This document shows, in pieces, positions 9,126-18,374 of a DNA stretch of 34,050 nucleotides (its first letter is position 1; each line of letters opens with the position of its first letter). The position numbers and the translations under genes are program-made. The stretch lies in the IMG/VR virus record IMGVR_UViG_3300037245_002282; one strand, written 5' to 3'. Below the pieces are notes generated by a model. It made no database searches and was not told the DNA's origin. It saw only the letters and a program-made list of their open reading frames with translations. The DNA comes from an uncultured virus (IMG/VR IMGVR_UViG_3300037245_002282) (Duplodnaviria > Heunggongvirae > Uroviricota > Caudoviricetes).

Positions 9126-9622
9126 TTAGTATCTATGATCTGTTTAGTGAGTTTTTCCTGAAGACTAATAAAGTTTTTGATATTTCGTTTATCGGTTAAA
9201 TACCATGATTTATCTGATTTCCGAATCATCTTTATATATAGTTTTAATCTCTGATTTACTTTTTTCAAAGCGGCTAATTCACTCTTAGACCATTCGTCAA
9301 TATTATTTACTTCTATTTTTACATTAGTTTTATAATGACTGGCATTATTAAAATTTCCTATAGGTTCCCGCCAATTTTTAAGATTTACAGCATTGTAATG
9401 TTTAATTCGCTTGTCTTTTGACCATGATTTATCCCAATAGGATTTTTTTGTAATTGTAACTTTAGTTAAAACTAATTTTTTAGATTGCATAAGACATTTT
9501 TTATAATTGATACAATCATTACCATGTTCATCTTTACAGTTTAAATTATCGTTACAATAATCCTTATCCGATCTATCCTTCCAATCGTATCTATATAAAA
9601 TATCAGCCTTTTTAACTATCAT
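9122..9622 (-). CDS. Hypothetical Lys-rich protein
   Basis: ORF 9122..9685; likely start MIVKKAD after GAGGT, which avoids a long overlap. Confidence 0.6.
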   Translation of the reverse strand: MIVKKADILYRYDWKDRSDKDYCNDNLNCKDEHGNDCINYKKCLMQSKKLVLTKVTITKKSYWDKSWSKDKRIKHYNAVNLKNWREPIGNFNNASHYKTNVKIEVNNIDEWSKSELAALKKVNQRLKLYIKMIRKSDKSWYLTDKRNIKNFISLQEKLTKQIIDTK

Positions 9623-9629
9623 TAGTACC

Positions 9630-10526
9630 TCACAAATTATCAGCAATGTTCTGAAGTGTCTGTTTCGAAGCAGCTTCCAAATCAACAGCTTTATCCCACA
9701 GCGCGTGATCTACATGAGCTTCCACTGCGTCATCAACCACTTGCTCAAGCACTGAAGGCTGCAAGGCATCTAGTTCCCATGAAGCATCTCCGTACTGATC
9801 GGCATAAACTTCAAATCTTGAGTCAGTCTGTTTAGCGGGATTCTCCGGGGGATTGTATAATTTGATCTGAGGCATATTAAGAGCTATACGATCCACTACA
9901 ATCGGAATATCCTCTTCAGCCTCTTCCCGGTATCCAAGGAACAAGTTCATCCTGTCTTCAACATCTCGTGTCATATCCATCCCAGACGGATCGTGGTCTC
10001 CCAAATAAATCAGATGTAAATACTTCCCTTCGAAATGTGCTGCCTCAAATCTCTTCCCGGCTTCGTACAATGCACTCTGACTTGAATATCCACGATTAGC
10101 CATAAAGATTACATCCCACTTCGAACAGACCGGCTGAATGATATTTGATACGGCGTCTTTTTCACACCACACCTCAACATATTCATTTTGATACTTCCAG
10201 CGACTTTCATAATATCCATTGACTGCTGCATCAAGAATATGTTTCGGATTTCTCCAATGAGTATTCTCTTTAGGATTTCTCACCCTGTCCTCAATCATAT
10301 TCCAGTCAATGAATCCGGCCAACCTGCCCTTATTCACAACATTCCCGATCTTCTTATATTCCCTTTGATTATTCGGGATATGATCTCCCGCTACCAACTG
10401 ATAATACAATTGTCTCAATGTCAGTTTATATCCTTGACTTCTATAATCCTCAAGGATATCATTTATGATATCAATCAATTCCATAGATCTAGCAGACGGT
10501 CGCCATGGTGTAAACTCTTCTTTCAT
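9630..10526 (-). CDS. TOPRIM-domain protein of the Topo VI-A/Spo11/DUF2399-like group
   Basis: TLRQLYYQLV (winged-helix Tyr region), VEVWCEKDA (Glu) and YLGDHDPSG (DxD). Confidence 0.75.
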   Translation of the reverse strand: MKEEFTPWRPSARSMELIDIINDILEDYRSQGYKLTLRQLYYQLVAGDHIPNNQREYKKIGNVVNKGRLAGFIDWNMIEDRVRNPKENTHWRNPKHILDAAVNGYYESRWKYQNEYVEVWCEKDAVSNIIQPVCSKWDVIFMANRGYSSQSALYEAGKRFEAAHFEGKYLHLIYLGDHDPSGMDMTRDVEDRMNLFLGYREEAEEDIPIVVDRIALNMPQIKLYNPPENPAKQTDSRFEVYADQYGDASWELDALQPSVLEQVVDDAVEAHVDHALWDKAVDLEAASKQTLQNIADNL

Positions 10527-10924
10527 ATTAACCCCTTCATAAAACGTTCCTTATATTTCACTTGAGCAGCTTTAATTTCTTCTATAGTAACACCAGAAGG
10601 TCTATACATCTCAAGTTGTTGATCAGACATACCTATTGACGCTGGAATAGACATACCTGCATAAAAGGGTGGATTATATTGATACGCTATCTTGGGAATA
10701 ATAAGCACATCAGCTACAGATGTAAGTGGAGTAACCGACGACTCATTTTGTAATTGAATAATAAACGTCTGCTTAGGTATTACAGAATATAACTTTATCC
10801 CGCTAAGACAGCCTGTAAAATTGCCTTTAAGTATTTTAATAGAACAACTGAGGTTTGCTGTTCCGCGATTATGCAGTCTAAATAACATCGTACTATCGTT
10901 ATCCCGCCATAAACCATCTAACAT
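10523..10924 (-). CDS. GLW-family paralog, hypothetical
   Basis: MLDGLWRDNDSTMLFRL...ILKG...LYSVIPK. Confidence 0.75.
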   Translation of the reverse strand: MLDGLWRDNDSTMLFRLHNRGTANLSCSIKILKGNFTGCLSGIKLYSVIPKQTFIIQLQNESSVTPLTSVADVLIIPKIAYQYNPPFYAGMSIPASIGMSDQQLEMYRPSGVTIEEIKAAQVKYKERFMKGLI

Positions 10925-10943
10925 ATTATCCCTCTACTTACAA

Positions 10944-11363
10944 TTATCGTACAGCATCCACACTTCTAACCCCATTCCATATCAGAAGACGTGGCGGTGT
11001 ACTTATATAATGAATATTCGCATACTCGGCTATTAACTCTTTTCGTTTTATAGCGTTCCACGCATGATAACGTAAGCCGATAGCTTCCTTGTTATACCGG
11101 TTTACGTAAAGCTTAACGGCATCGGGTACTATCAATTCAGCATCTGGATAACAACCTACATGTATTTTTTCTGAGATCCAACCCATATACGTCGTCCTAA
11201 CATAATAATCGCCTTTCTGAACTTGAAAATATAACTTGGTACCTATGACCGGTCGTTTAAATATTATACTATTACAGCTCCTAATCTCAACCAGACATGG
11301 AGCTGTTAAAAATGATGTTGGAAATATGAGGGATAACAGTCCCTCTCTAGGTTTTTGGTTCAT
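10944..11363 (-). CDS. Hypothetical protein
   Basis: 139-aa ORF filling the gap in the minus-strand operon. Confidence 0.55.
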   Translation of the reverse strand: MNQKPREGLLSLIFPTSFLTAPCLVEIRSCNSIIFKRPVIGTKLYFQVQKGDYYVRTTYMGWISEKIHVGCYPDAELIVPDAVKLYVNRYNKEAIGLRYHAWNAIKRKELIAEYANIHYISTPPRLLIWNGVRSVDAVR

Positions 11364-11829
11364 TTATATCCCACGCTTTTATTGGAAATAGAAGATTCCA
11401 TGTCCTATACCATATACTGCCTCTTGCAGTTCTTCTAGTTTTAAATAACTCAACAGACATCGGTTCAGGTACAAGCGGTGTAGGATGTTTAAGGTCCAAT
11501 AATAATTCGTTAGCTAGATCTTGACGCCAATCCGTATAAGGTATTCCCATGAAATTTTTATTAAAATCAGGTATAACAATCGGTGGCAGTAATATAATAA
11601 CCTTAGCTACTGATGTCTTCTGAGTCAGGGGAAACCATTCCTGTAATTTAATATCATAATCCTTTCTCGGCATTACTGAGTATAATTTCAACCCATCAGT
11701 ATACAGATCAATACTGCCTTTAAGTATCGTAAGATGACTCCTAGTTTCTGACTCACTTATCGGCGCAACCTCACGAATCCGAACAAGCAGCGTCTTATCC
11801 TCATTGCGCCATAACCCGGCTACTGACAT
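11347..11829 (-). CDS. GLW-family paralog, hypothetical
   Basis: MSVAGLWRNEDKTLLVRI...ILKG...LYSVMPRKDY. Confidence 0.75.
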   Translation of the reverse strand: MSVAGLWRNEDKTLLVRIREVAPISESETRSHLTILKGSIDLYTDGLKLYSVMPRKDYDIKLQEWFPLTQKTSVAKVIILLPPIVIPDFNKNFMGIPYTDWRQDLANELLLDLKHPTPLVPEPMSVELFKTRRTARGSIWYRTWNLLFPIKAWDINEPKT

Positions 11830-12242
11830 TCCATAGCTCCTTTAAACTCTTCCATAGCTCCTTTAAACTTTTCCATAGTAACTCCCGCGGGTCTATACCT
11901 ATCAAGCTCTTTATCAGACATACCAACCATAAGCGCCTGTGTTAACATTGGTGAATACCTTGGATTTACGAACTTCGACTCTGGTATTTCAACTACCTGT
12001 AATAAGAACTCGCGTCCCATAGACTTAAAAGTTTTTACTGTAATCTTAAAATCCCTCTTAGGTATTACTGATATTAGTATAGGTATTCGATAGGATATAT
12101 TAAGATCACGCGAATCACCTTTAAGTACATCAGCATGGCAACCATATACAGGAAATAATCCTTTATCATTCAATTGCACACCGGCATGAATCCTGATAAG
12201 TAAATCCTCTGTTTCATCGCGCCATAATCCTTCTACTGACAT
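11820..12242 (-). CDS. GLW-family paralog, hypothetical
   Basis: MSVEGLWRDETEDLLIRI...VLKG...SVIPKRDF. Confidence 0.75.
   Translation of the reverse strand: MSVEGLWRDETEDLLIRIHAGVQLNDKGLFPVYGCHADVLKGDSRDLNISYRIPILISVIPKRDFKITVKTFKSMGREFLLQVVEIPESKFVNPRYSPMLTQALMVGMSDKELDRYRPAGVTMEKFKGAMEEFKGAMECQ
11829..11878. repeat. 21-bp tandem repeat (2.4 copies) spanning a gene end and RBS
   Basis: ttccatagctcctttaaact(c/t) twice, then ttccatag; encodes MEKFKGA-MEEFKGA-ME. Confidence 0.9.
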
Positions 12243-12532
12243 TGCACACCAGCCTTATATGCATTAGGATCATAACGCCAATTAACCCAATCATCCACAA
12301 TAGGAACAATAAGTACTTCAGCTACAGATGAGAATCTACCGACGAGAAACCAATTTTGTAATCGGATATTAAAATCCTTCTTAGGCATTACAGGGTATAA
12401 TTTCAAATTATCAAGATTCGGATGAGCATCTGTACTCTTAAGTATTTTAATAACACAGTTAGATGTAGAACCCATATCCCGCAGCCTGACAAGTATGGTA
12501 CTCTCTTCATTGCGCCATAAACCGTTCATCAC
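12233..12532 (-). CDS. GLW-family paralog, hypothetical
   Basis: MNGLWRNEESTILVRL...ILKS...LYPVMPKKDF. Confidence 0.75.
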   Translation of the reverse strand: MMNGLWRNEESTILVRLRDMGSTSNCVIKILKSTDAHPNLDNLKLYPVMPKKDFNIRLQNWFLVGRFSSVAEVLIVPIVDDWVNWRYDPNAYKAGVQCQ

Positions 12533-12554
12533 TTACTTCATCCCCTCATATATA

Positions 12555-12590
12555 TATATATAATCGTACAAAGACCCGAAAACCTAACAG
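12555..12590 (-). promoter_or_regulatory. Sigma28-like promoter motif, copy 2
   Basis: Minus strand CTGTTAGGTTTTCGGGTCTTTGTA-CGATTATATA, directly after a terminator and before a GAGGGG RBS. Confidence 0.65.
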
Positions 12591-12592
12591 AT

Positions 12593-12625
12593 AAATAAAA
12601 AGCCCCCATCATCGTAGAGGGCTTT
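12593..12625 (-). terminator. Intrinsic terminator
   Basis: Minus strand AAAGCCCTC-loop-GGGGCTTT followed by TTATTT. Confidence 0.75.
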
Positions 12626-12670
12626 AATATAATACAAATAGTCTTTATATAATTTACGATTTCAATATGG

Positions 12671-12976
12671 TCAATGTCTGCCGGATTCAATCCGACTGCC
12701 ACCTCCTACATAATTTGTATTTGATCGTCGTGAATGATCTACATTATGAGTGCCATTCACAGGTACATAAGTATATTTAAATTGGTAAGTTTCTTTCGCA
12801 CCAACAGCAAGAACAGCGATATTACTATCAAACAATTCTTGCTGTGAAAAAGTTACCCCCTGTCTATTTATAGTACCTCTTCTTAGAAAATATGTACCGG
12901 CGTCAACCTGTACAGATGCTGCCATTAGCGGAATGGTAAAAACTAAGATCAACATCATCATTAAAAATATCTGCAT
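12671..12976 (-). CDS. Putative exported protein with signal peptide
   Basis: Hydrophobic N-terminus ending in LMA-A; has its own promoter motif and terminator (monocistronic). Confidence 0.65.
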   Translation of the reverse strand: MQIFLMMMLILVFTIPLMAASVQVDAGTYFLRRGTINRQGVTFSQQELFDSNIAVLAVGAKETYQFKYTYVPVNGTHNVDHSRRSNTNYVGGGSRIESGRH

Positions 12977-12990
12977 ACGATCCCCTTCAC

Positions 12991-13026
12991 TATATAATAA
13001 TCGGACATAAGGGAAAAACCTTACAA
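12991..13026 (-). promoter_or_regulatory. Sigma28-like promoter motif, copy 3
   Basis: Minus strand TTGTAAGGTTTTTCCCTTATGTC-CGATTATTATATA. Confidence 0.7.
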
Positions 13027-13040
13027 TGGCGCCCCCTTAA

Positions 13041-13156
13041 GTTAATGCTTCTTATCTTCGGTCGGTCACCAAATGACTGTGACGATTACACATCTTTAAA
13101 TCCTTTCCCGCGAGTATGAATAGATTATGTAATTACAGGTAACAAAAAGCATTAAC
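13041..13156 (-). ncRNA. Candidate structured RNA element
   Basis: 16-bp closing stem GTTAATGCTTTTTGTT/GATAAGAAGCATTAAC (G-U pairs on the minus strand) enclosing two inner hairpins. Confidence 0.45.
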
Positions 13157-13163
13157 AATATAC

Positions 13164-13787
13164 TCATGCCCCTGTCCCTAGTTGAAGTTTCAGAGACAAT
13201 TTTATCTGATTTATTATCCGTATGTTTTTAATCCCCCGGTACACTGAGTTCAACATCGGTATCTTTTCTATATTAAATACTTTATCTTTAAATACCGCTT
13301 TAAATCTATATAAATATAAAGGCTGTAGGGGAAAATAATACCTTGTGTCGTACACGTTATATACTACCTCATTATAGGAAACCATTGCATGATATTTATA
13401 TCCGTTCGCACCTAAATATACACTGGTATCAATTATTGCTAAATCTAATTCTACATCAAATACCACTTTAGCAATATTCATAAACATTATAGGAAAATCG
13501 TTTCTTGTCCCAGATTTATTTTTATATATCGTCTCTGGATCATTGAAATCAGTTCCCGGTATAATAGTCATATGGGTTAATATCAGCGCTGATATTTCCT
13601 GTATATTCGACACCTCAAAATCACCATAATATAAATCAAAACCTAATTGAGGCTCTGTAAAAATTTCTTCCGGTAGTTTCAATTCATCTACCTCCGCTGT
13701 TTGAACAATGTCAACTGTTGCACATCCGACTATTAGAGATGTTACAAGCAGTGTTAAGAACATTAGCATTAAAATTAACCATTTCAT
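13164..13787 (-). CDS. Lipoprotein, transglutaminase-like fold, catalytic Cys absent; paralog of 24577..25107
   Basis: Start MKWLIL... after GGAGGGGAG; lipobox LIVGC; LYYGDF, FMNIAKVVF and HAMV align with the paralog; GTRND replaces GDCDD. Confidence 0.7.
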   Translation of the reverse strand: MKWLILMLMFLTLLVTSLIVGCATVDIVQTAEVDELKLPEEIFTEPQLGFDLYYGDFEVSNIQEISALILTHMTIIPGTDFNDPETIYKNKSGTRNDFPIMFMNIAKVVFDVELDLAIIDTSVYLGANGYKYHAMVSYNEVVYNVYDTRYYFPLQPLYLYRFKAVFKDKVFNIEKIPMLNSVYRGIKNIRIINQIKLSLKLQLGTGA

Positions 13788-13912
13788 ATTCTCCCCTCCA
13801 CGGTTTACATTTCTTATAGTATACACCCGTATATTGCTTTACTAATACATCCCACCCCGCAATAATATCCAACAATGGTTTTAAGATACCCGACTCTACA
13901 TCCACGCCACTG

Positions 13913-14218
13913 TTATACAATTCCGGCTTTCTGATGAGCAACATCTATTATGATCTGCTTTAATTCAGTTATCTGTTTAAGATCATTAACTCTGTCTCGA
14001 AGTGCATCACCCACATCCGATTGTCGCAGCCTTAGATCTTTCAGACACTTAAAATACCCTTTCACGTATTCATGATAGGCCACCGTCATCATAACATAAA
14101 CCTGACCATTTTTATCTGTATATCTATCTCTCTGAAAATCATAATTATATCCAGATGGAAGCGTATATTGCCTTTCAAATCCATCTCGAATCTTTAATTT
14201 CAGTTTACTATCGTCCAT
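13913..14218 (-). CDS. Hypothetical protein
   Basis: 101 aa, GGGGG RBS, overlaps the upstream gene. Confidence 0.6.
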   Translation of the reverse strand: MDDSKLKLKIRDGFERQYTLPSGYNYDFQRDRYTDKNGQVYVMMTVAYHEYVKGYFKCLKDLRLRQSDVGDALRDRVNDLKQITELKQIIIDVAHQKAGIV

Positions 14219-14676
14219 AACGCCCCCAGTCTATTAGCATAATATATTTTGAACATTGTCTCACATTCTTCAATAGTGCCGAAAGGACCATTCCAATCAA
14301 AAGTTTCATCCATAAAATACCAACCTGCATAAAGTTTGGGATTATTTTCCATTACACATCTGATATGTGGGTGAACAGTTCCATCTGCGTCAATATAATC
14401 ACCCATCGGATTTTCCTTTTTATCCCGATCCGATTTTATACGTATAATTAACTCTGTAAGGTCGAGCGCTAATTTAGAATTATCAACCTTTACGAAATCT
14501 ATATACGTCTCAATTGCTTTTAAAGCATGCGGGTCCTTATCCAATCGCAATACAAAAAACTTAGCTTCAGAATCTATTGGTTTTCCACTCTTCTTAGTTA
14601 TACGATATTTCTCATCGAATCCACCGTGCTTGTAATTACTCATCACTGCTTCCTTTACTTTATATTTTAACATCAC
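14200..14676 (-). CDS. Two-domain hypothetical protein (FFVLRLDKDPHA N-domain; GWYFxDET C-domain)
   Basis: The C-terminal domain is shared with 21305..21835; the RBS-start is duplicated. Confidence 0.7.
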   Translation of the reverse strand: MMLKYKVKEAVMSNYKHGGFDEKYRITKKSGKPIDSEAKFFVLRLDKDPHALKAIETYIDFVKVDNSKLALDLTELIIRIKSDRDKKENPMGDYIDADGTVHPHIRCVMENNPKLYAGWYFMDETFDWNGPFGTIEECETMFKIYYANRLGALWTIVN

Positions 14677-14819
14677 TGCTTCCTAGCACAAAACCACTCG
14701 CGACCATCAAATAAATATTTGATACCCTTGATTAGGACTACATCCTCATTAATGAAAATAACCTCATCAAAACTTATTGTCACTTCTGTAACCTTACGCC
14801 TTTTCTTTTTCCATTTCAT
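14673..14819 (-). CDS. Small 48-aa protein (below the ORF-track cutoff)
   Basis: MKWKKKRRKVTEVTISFDEVIFINEDVVLIKGIKYLFDGREWFCARKQ; fills the gap, with a GTGA overlap with the next gene. Confidence 0.6.
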   Translation of the reverse strand: MKWKKKRRKVTEVTISFDEVIFINEDVVLIKGIKYLFDGREWFCARKQ

Positions 14820-14828
14820 ACCTATAAA

Positions 14829-15794
14829 TTATCGACGTACTCGCGTATTACTTACATCATCTATTATATCTGAAAACAACGCAGGAAGAATCTGTTTTAA
14901 CTCAGCCAATAAAGTCAACATCAATTCCTGAATCTGTGGATGGGCTGCTTTTGCTGTTCTCAACTTAAATATATAACGCCACTCTCTAATATTTACAGTA
15001 ACAACAATTTCAGCTTTCAAACTATTGGGAAGAACGGATCTTGCTTCCTGAGCTGAACAACCTTGCTCTCTCAATAACTTATAACTCATTTCAGCCTCAT
15101 GCATTGCAATAGACCACAATCTAAACTTTGTAGTAGAACCTGCTGATAAATTACGTGCCCAGTCAAAAACAGGTCGAATAAACTCGGTATCACCATCATA
15201 TTTCACATAACGGGTTGACTCCTGAGCAAATGAAGCAGGTCTATGTCTAACGAGTTCATGAGTAACACCGCGATCTGTAATAAATCGTACAGAAATCCGT
15301 TGATGAATAACCCTTTCTTCTGAAGTGAGATCTTCATTGTTTAATACTTTAAAGATATCACTGTTTTGATATACAGATTTACAATTTAAATCAAAAAACA
15401 AATCATTTAAAAAACGATTGAAGTAAGCAATAACACTTCTTATATTTGTTGATATTAAAGTTGCTTTTTGTAAATCTCTCCATGCCCTAACGCTCCCTGA
15501 TAGTATATACCTTGATTTATAGGATGTCATTTCTAAATACTTTGTAGTATTATGTTGTAAATTAAATATTTCATCATAAAATCTGGAAGATACTTCAAGA
15601 ATAATATTGGAATGCTCAATCATAGCGTCATGACCACATTTAATAAGCCTTCTACAAAAATCATTTGCAGAATCATCTGTAATTTTATCCTCAGACTTGT
15701 AACAGGTTCTCCCCGCAATCTCAATCATCTTTGGAATCGTCACAAGTTCGAATGTACTCGTAAGTATCTTATGACTTTGATTTATAACTATCAT
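14829..15794 (-). CDS. thyX: FAD-dependent thymidylate synthase
   Basis: GRTCYKS, GHDAMIEH, THELVRHRPASFAQESTRY (RHRx7SxR) and ARSVLPN. Confidence 0.95.
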   Translation of the reverse strand: MIVINQSHKILTSTFELVTIPKMIEIAGRTCYKSEDKITDDSANDFCRRLIKCGHDAMIEHSNIILEVSSRFYDEIFNLQHNTTKYLEMTSYKSRYILSGSVRAWRDLQKATLISTNIRSVIAYFNRFLNDLFFDLNCKSVYQNSDIFKVLNNEDLTSEERVIHQRISVRFITDRGVTHELVRHRPASFAQESTRYVKYDGDTEFIRPVFDWARNLSAGSTTKFRLWSIAMHEAEMSYKLLREQGCSAQEARSVLPNSLKAEIVVTVNIREWRYIFKLRTAKAAHPQIQELMLTLLAELKQILPALFSDIIDDVSNTRVRR

Positions 15795-15797
15795 CCT

Positions 15798-17072
15798 TCA
15801 CTCCTTATCTTTAAATAATAAATCTGTATACCGTGCCGGATCACCTTTCGATCCAAGAAGAGCACTGTTTAAATTACACCCTATAGTATCTGTAAATATT
15901 ATACCGTCAAAACTATACTCTGGAAATATATATTCAGAATACTCCTTTACAGCAACAGCTGGAATATCTCTAAACTCTATTATATGATCAACACGTCCCT
16001 TTCGATAAAGAGCAGGGTCAATCTTATCGAGATGATTCGTTGTCAGAAATATTATCACATTATGTATATTTTCTATCCCGTCCAACCCGTTTAATAAGCC
16101 GGATAAAGTTGTAAAGGTAAAGTCACACTCTTCTATTTTTGATAACGGATGTTTATCACCATTAGAATCTTCAGATCTCTCTGTTCTTCTTTTCCTTGCG
16201 GCCTTAGTAGAATCAAAATCCTCTATAACCACAAAGGAGTTGGGAGGTGTTTGAGATAAAGCTCTCTGAAAAGAAGTATCTGAAACAGATCCGATATTCA
16301 ATATACATAAGTTTTTATCATAATAAGATGCAAGAGTTTTTATAGTGCTGGTCTTCCCTGTACCGGGTATTCCATGAAGAATATACGTAAGCTTATACGG
16401 CAGGCCTTTTGATACAAACCAGTCTTCATTTGAATTAAAATGTTTTATATCATTCAATAACCGCTGTTTTATTTCGTAATCAAGAGCCAATGACTCAATC
16501 GGACGTTTTTTCATAGGTGCATTTTTTCGCCAACTATCGTTGTAATGATATGAGAATATTTCATTCTTTTTCTCTTTCGGAGCAAACTCTTTTATGAAGC
16601 TATCTAATATCGATTTATTTCTACCGAAATACTTTAATAATATTGATCGTTTTTGAAGCTCTGATCCAGATGATTCAATAGCCGATAAAACCATCCACAT
16701 AATTTTACCTTTGTATATAAACCAGTGTGTTCCATATCCGGGACCTAATATAACGCTTTCTATCTCCCGCTTTAAGTCATCGTCCCACCCCTCATAGGTA
16801 TAAATAGAAAGAAATCTTGAGAACCTTAAAAATCCTTTATTTTCAGACAACCACTGCATACACGAATAATAAATCTTTTGATGGTAATATCCCTGCGCGT
16901 TATCAAACTCAAGGGAAGTAATCAACTGAGTTTTTATCTTTGAAAATATTTTTGCAGGAATAGTTCTTATCAGAAATGTTATTACAGTTAAACCCCATAA
17001 AGATATAACCCCGGCAAGTATAGGTGACGTCGATGCAAGTTCCGTTAATCTTAAATATATATCCGTTAACAT
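15798..17072 (-). CDS. BCS1-like membrane-anchored AAA+ ATPase
   Basis: N-terminal TM helix, PGYGTHWFIYKG (BCS1-N-like), Walker A GIPGTGKT, Walker B VVIEDFD, TLSGLLNGLDG and TTNHLDKIDPALYRKGRVD. Confidence 0.88.
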   Translation of the reverse strand: MLTDIYLRLTELASTSPILAGVISLWGLTVITFLIRTIPAKIFSKIKTQLITSLEFDNAQGYYHQKIYYSCMQWLSENKGFLRFSRFLSIYTYEGWDDDLKREIESVILGPGYGTHWFIYKGKIMWMVLSAIESSGSELQKRSILLKYFGRNKSILDSFIKEFAPKEKKNEIFSYHYNDSWRKNAPMKKRPIESLALDYEIKQRLLNDIKHFNSNEDWFVSKGLPYKLTYILHGIPGTGKTSTIKTLASYYDKNLCILNIGSVSDTSFQRALSQTPPNSFVVIEDFDSTKAARKRRTERSEDSNGDKHPLSKIEECDFTFTTLSGLLNGLDGIENIHNVIIFLTTNHLDKIDPALYRKGRVDHIIEFRDIPAVAVKEYSEYIFPEYSFDGIIFTDTIGCNLNSALLGSKGDPARYTDLLFKDKE

Positions 17073-17088
17073 ATTAAAATCCCCGCCT

Positions 17089-17310
17089 TTAAATCGCGTC
17101 CTTTCTTATCCAATCACGTCCATTATATAAATAGATCGTACCATCCACAATAATCTTACAGTTACTCACCCATTTTACATGTGACTCGGGCTTGTCGGTT
17201 TTCACCCTCCGAACAGCTTTTAATATCATACCAAATAATATAACTTGAATCTGTAAAGATACCATAATCGCAGTACCAAATAAAATAATTATTAAATCTA
17301 TATCACTCAT
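17089..17310 (-). CDS. Small membrane protein
   Basis: N-terminal hydrophobic helix; the C-terminal IVDGTIYLYNGRDW resembles 14673..14819. Confidence 0.6.
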   Translation of the reverse strand: MSDIDLIIILFGTAIMVSLQIQVILFGMILKAVRRVKTDKPESHVKWVSNCKIIVDGTIYLYNGRDWIRKDAI

Positions 17311-17391
17311 AAAATCCCCCTTTTCCCCTACCGTCTAAATCGGGTCGATCATCGGCATTTTTCATATTTACCATCCCGTTTTCAGGATATA

Positions 17392-17697
17392 CTAGGACTC
17401 AGTCTCACTGAGTACCTTAAGGAACTGATCATTCATAAGATAAAGCGCCTCGGCCTCATCTTTATGCTCCATATCTACCTCACCCGGTAACCATAAATCT
17501 TTAATTCTCAAAGCACCTTTAATTGCTTCTCTCAGCGCCGTCACCTTAGCTTCGACCTTAGACTCTAACCTATTCCATTTTTGAGTTGCATTATTAAAAA
17601 TATTATTACAACCCCTACAATTAAAAATACTATTTCCCGAATAATCAGAATACACACTTCCGCACACAGGGCACGGATTAGCATTACTTAATCCCAT
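17392..17697 (-). CDS. Zn-ribbon hypothetical protein
   Basis: CPVC...CRGC; GGGAG RBS. Confidence 0.65.
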   Translation of the reverse strand: MGLSNANPCPVCGSVYSDYSGNSIFNCRGCNNIFNNATQKWNRLESKVEAKVTALREAIKGALRIKDLWLPGEVDMEHKDEAEALYLMNDQFLKVLSETES

Positions 17698-17715
17698 AAT
17701 AGTTCTCCCTCTATA

Positions 17716-18048
17716 TCACAGTCCCACAAGCCGCCTAGCACAACTACCAGAACAAACCGAATAATTCCCCATCAGTATCATATCGTCTTCAGATACTGTC
17801 TTCCCGCATTCCTCACACTCGACCGTCCCGTCAAACTCCCTGTAGAACTCTTTCACACCACCACTGGGGAACTGCTTTACCGTCGGATCATGAATATTCC
17901 CGTCATCATCCACACACCACCAGTGCGGCTCTTCTTTATTCCATAACGGTTCATAATAATATCCCCGGACAAGTCTGTATCCATTCTCTTCTGCGAGCTT
18001 TTCAGACTCCTCTTTACACTTCCCCCGATATTTTAAATAATCGCTCAT
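17716..18048 (-). CDS. Hypothetical protein with C-terminal zinc-binding motif
   Basis: Likely start MSDYLK via ATGA overlap; PHWWC..DPT, CEEC...CSGSC. Confidence 0.65.
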   Translation of the reverse strand: MSDYLKYRGKCKEESEKLAEENGYRLVRGYYYEPLWNKEEPHWWCVDDDGNIHDPTVKQFPSGGVKEFYREFDGTVECEECGKTVSEDDMILMGNYSVCSGSCARRLVGL

Positions 18049-18362
18049 ATATCTGCTTCCAATAAATCTGTAGGTTTCATTAACTCCCACGCTTCGAGTG
18101 CAGTTTCCAGCATCTCTTCCTTAGTGACATGCTCTAAGTATTTCTTTATCTGATACTTCCCGCGATCAGGTATACTCATCGCTCTCCACTTATAATTATA
18201 TCCAAAGTTCTCTACCGGTTTCCATGTCCGCTTTTTCGGTTCACAGAGTCTCACCAAATATCTGTACACAGGCTTTTCACTACGTGACCACGTGATTGTC
18301 ACAACAACCTCAATCTTTACCCTTGAACCGTCTTCTCTTTTAAATATCTTTTCATGTAGCAT
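18045..18362 (-). CDS. Hypothetical protein, paralog of 19001..19315
   Basis: Shared HEKIFKREDGSRVK, LCEP, WKPVE and VTxxEML. Confidence 0.75.
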   Translation of the reverse strand: MLHEKIFKREDGSRVKIEVVVTITWSRSEKPVYRYLVRLCEPKKRTWKPVENFGYNYKWRAMSIPDRGKYQIKKYLEHVTKEEMLETALEAWELMKPTDLLEADI

Positions 18363-18374
18363 ACTTGAATTCTT

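Noticed and set aside
12548..12562. (TA)n run as a phase-variable microsatellite
   Set aside because: It is short and lies in the AT-rich start region of a promoter motif; there is no evidence of length variation.
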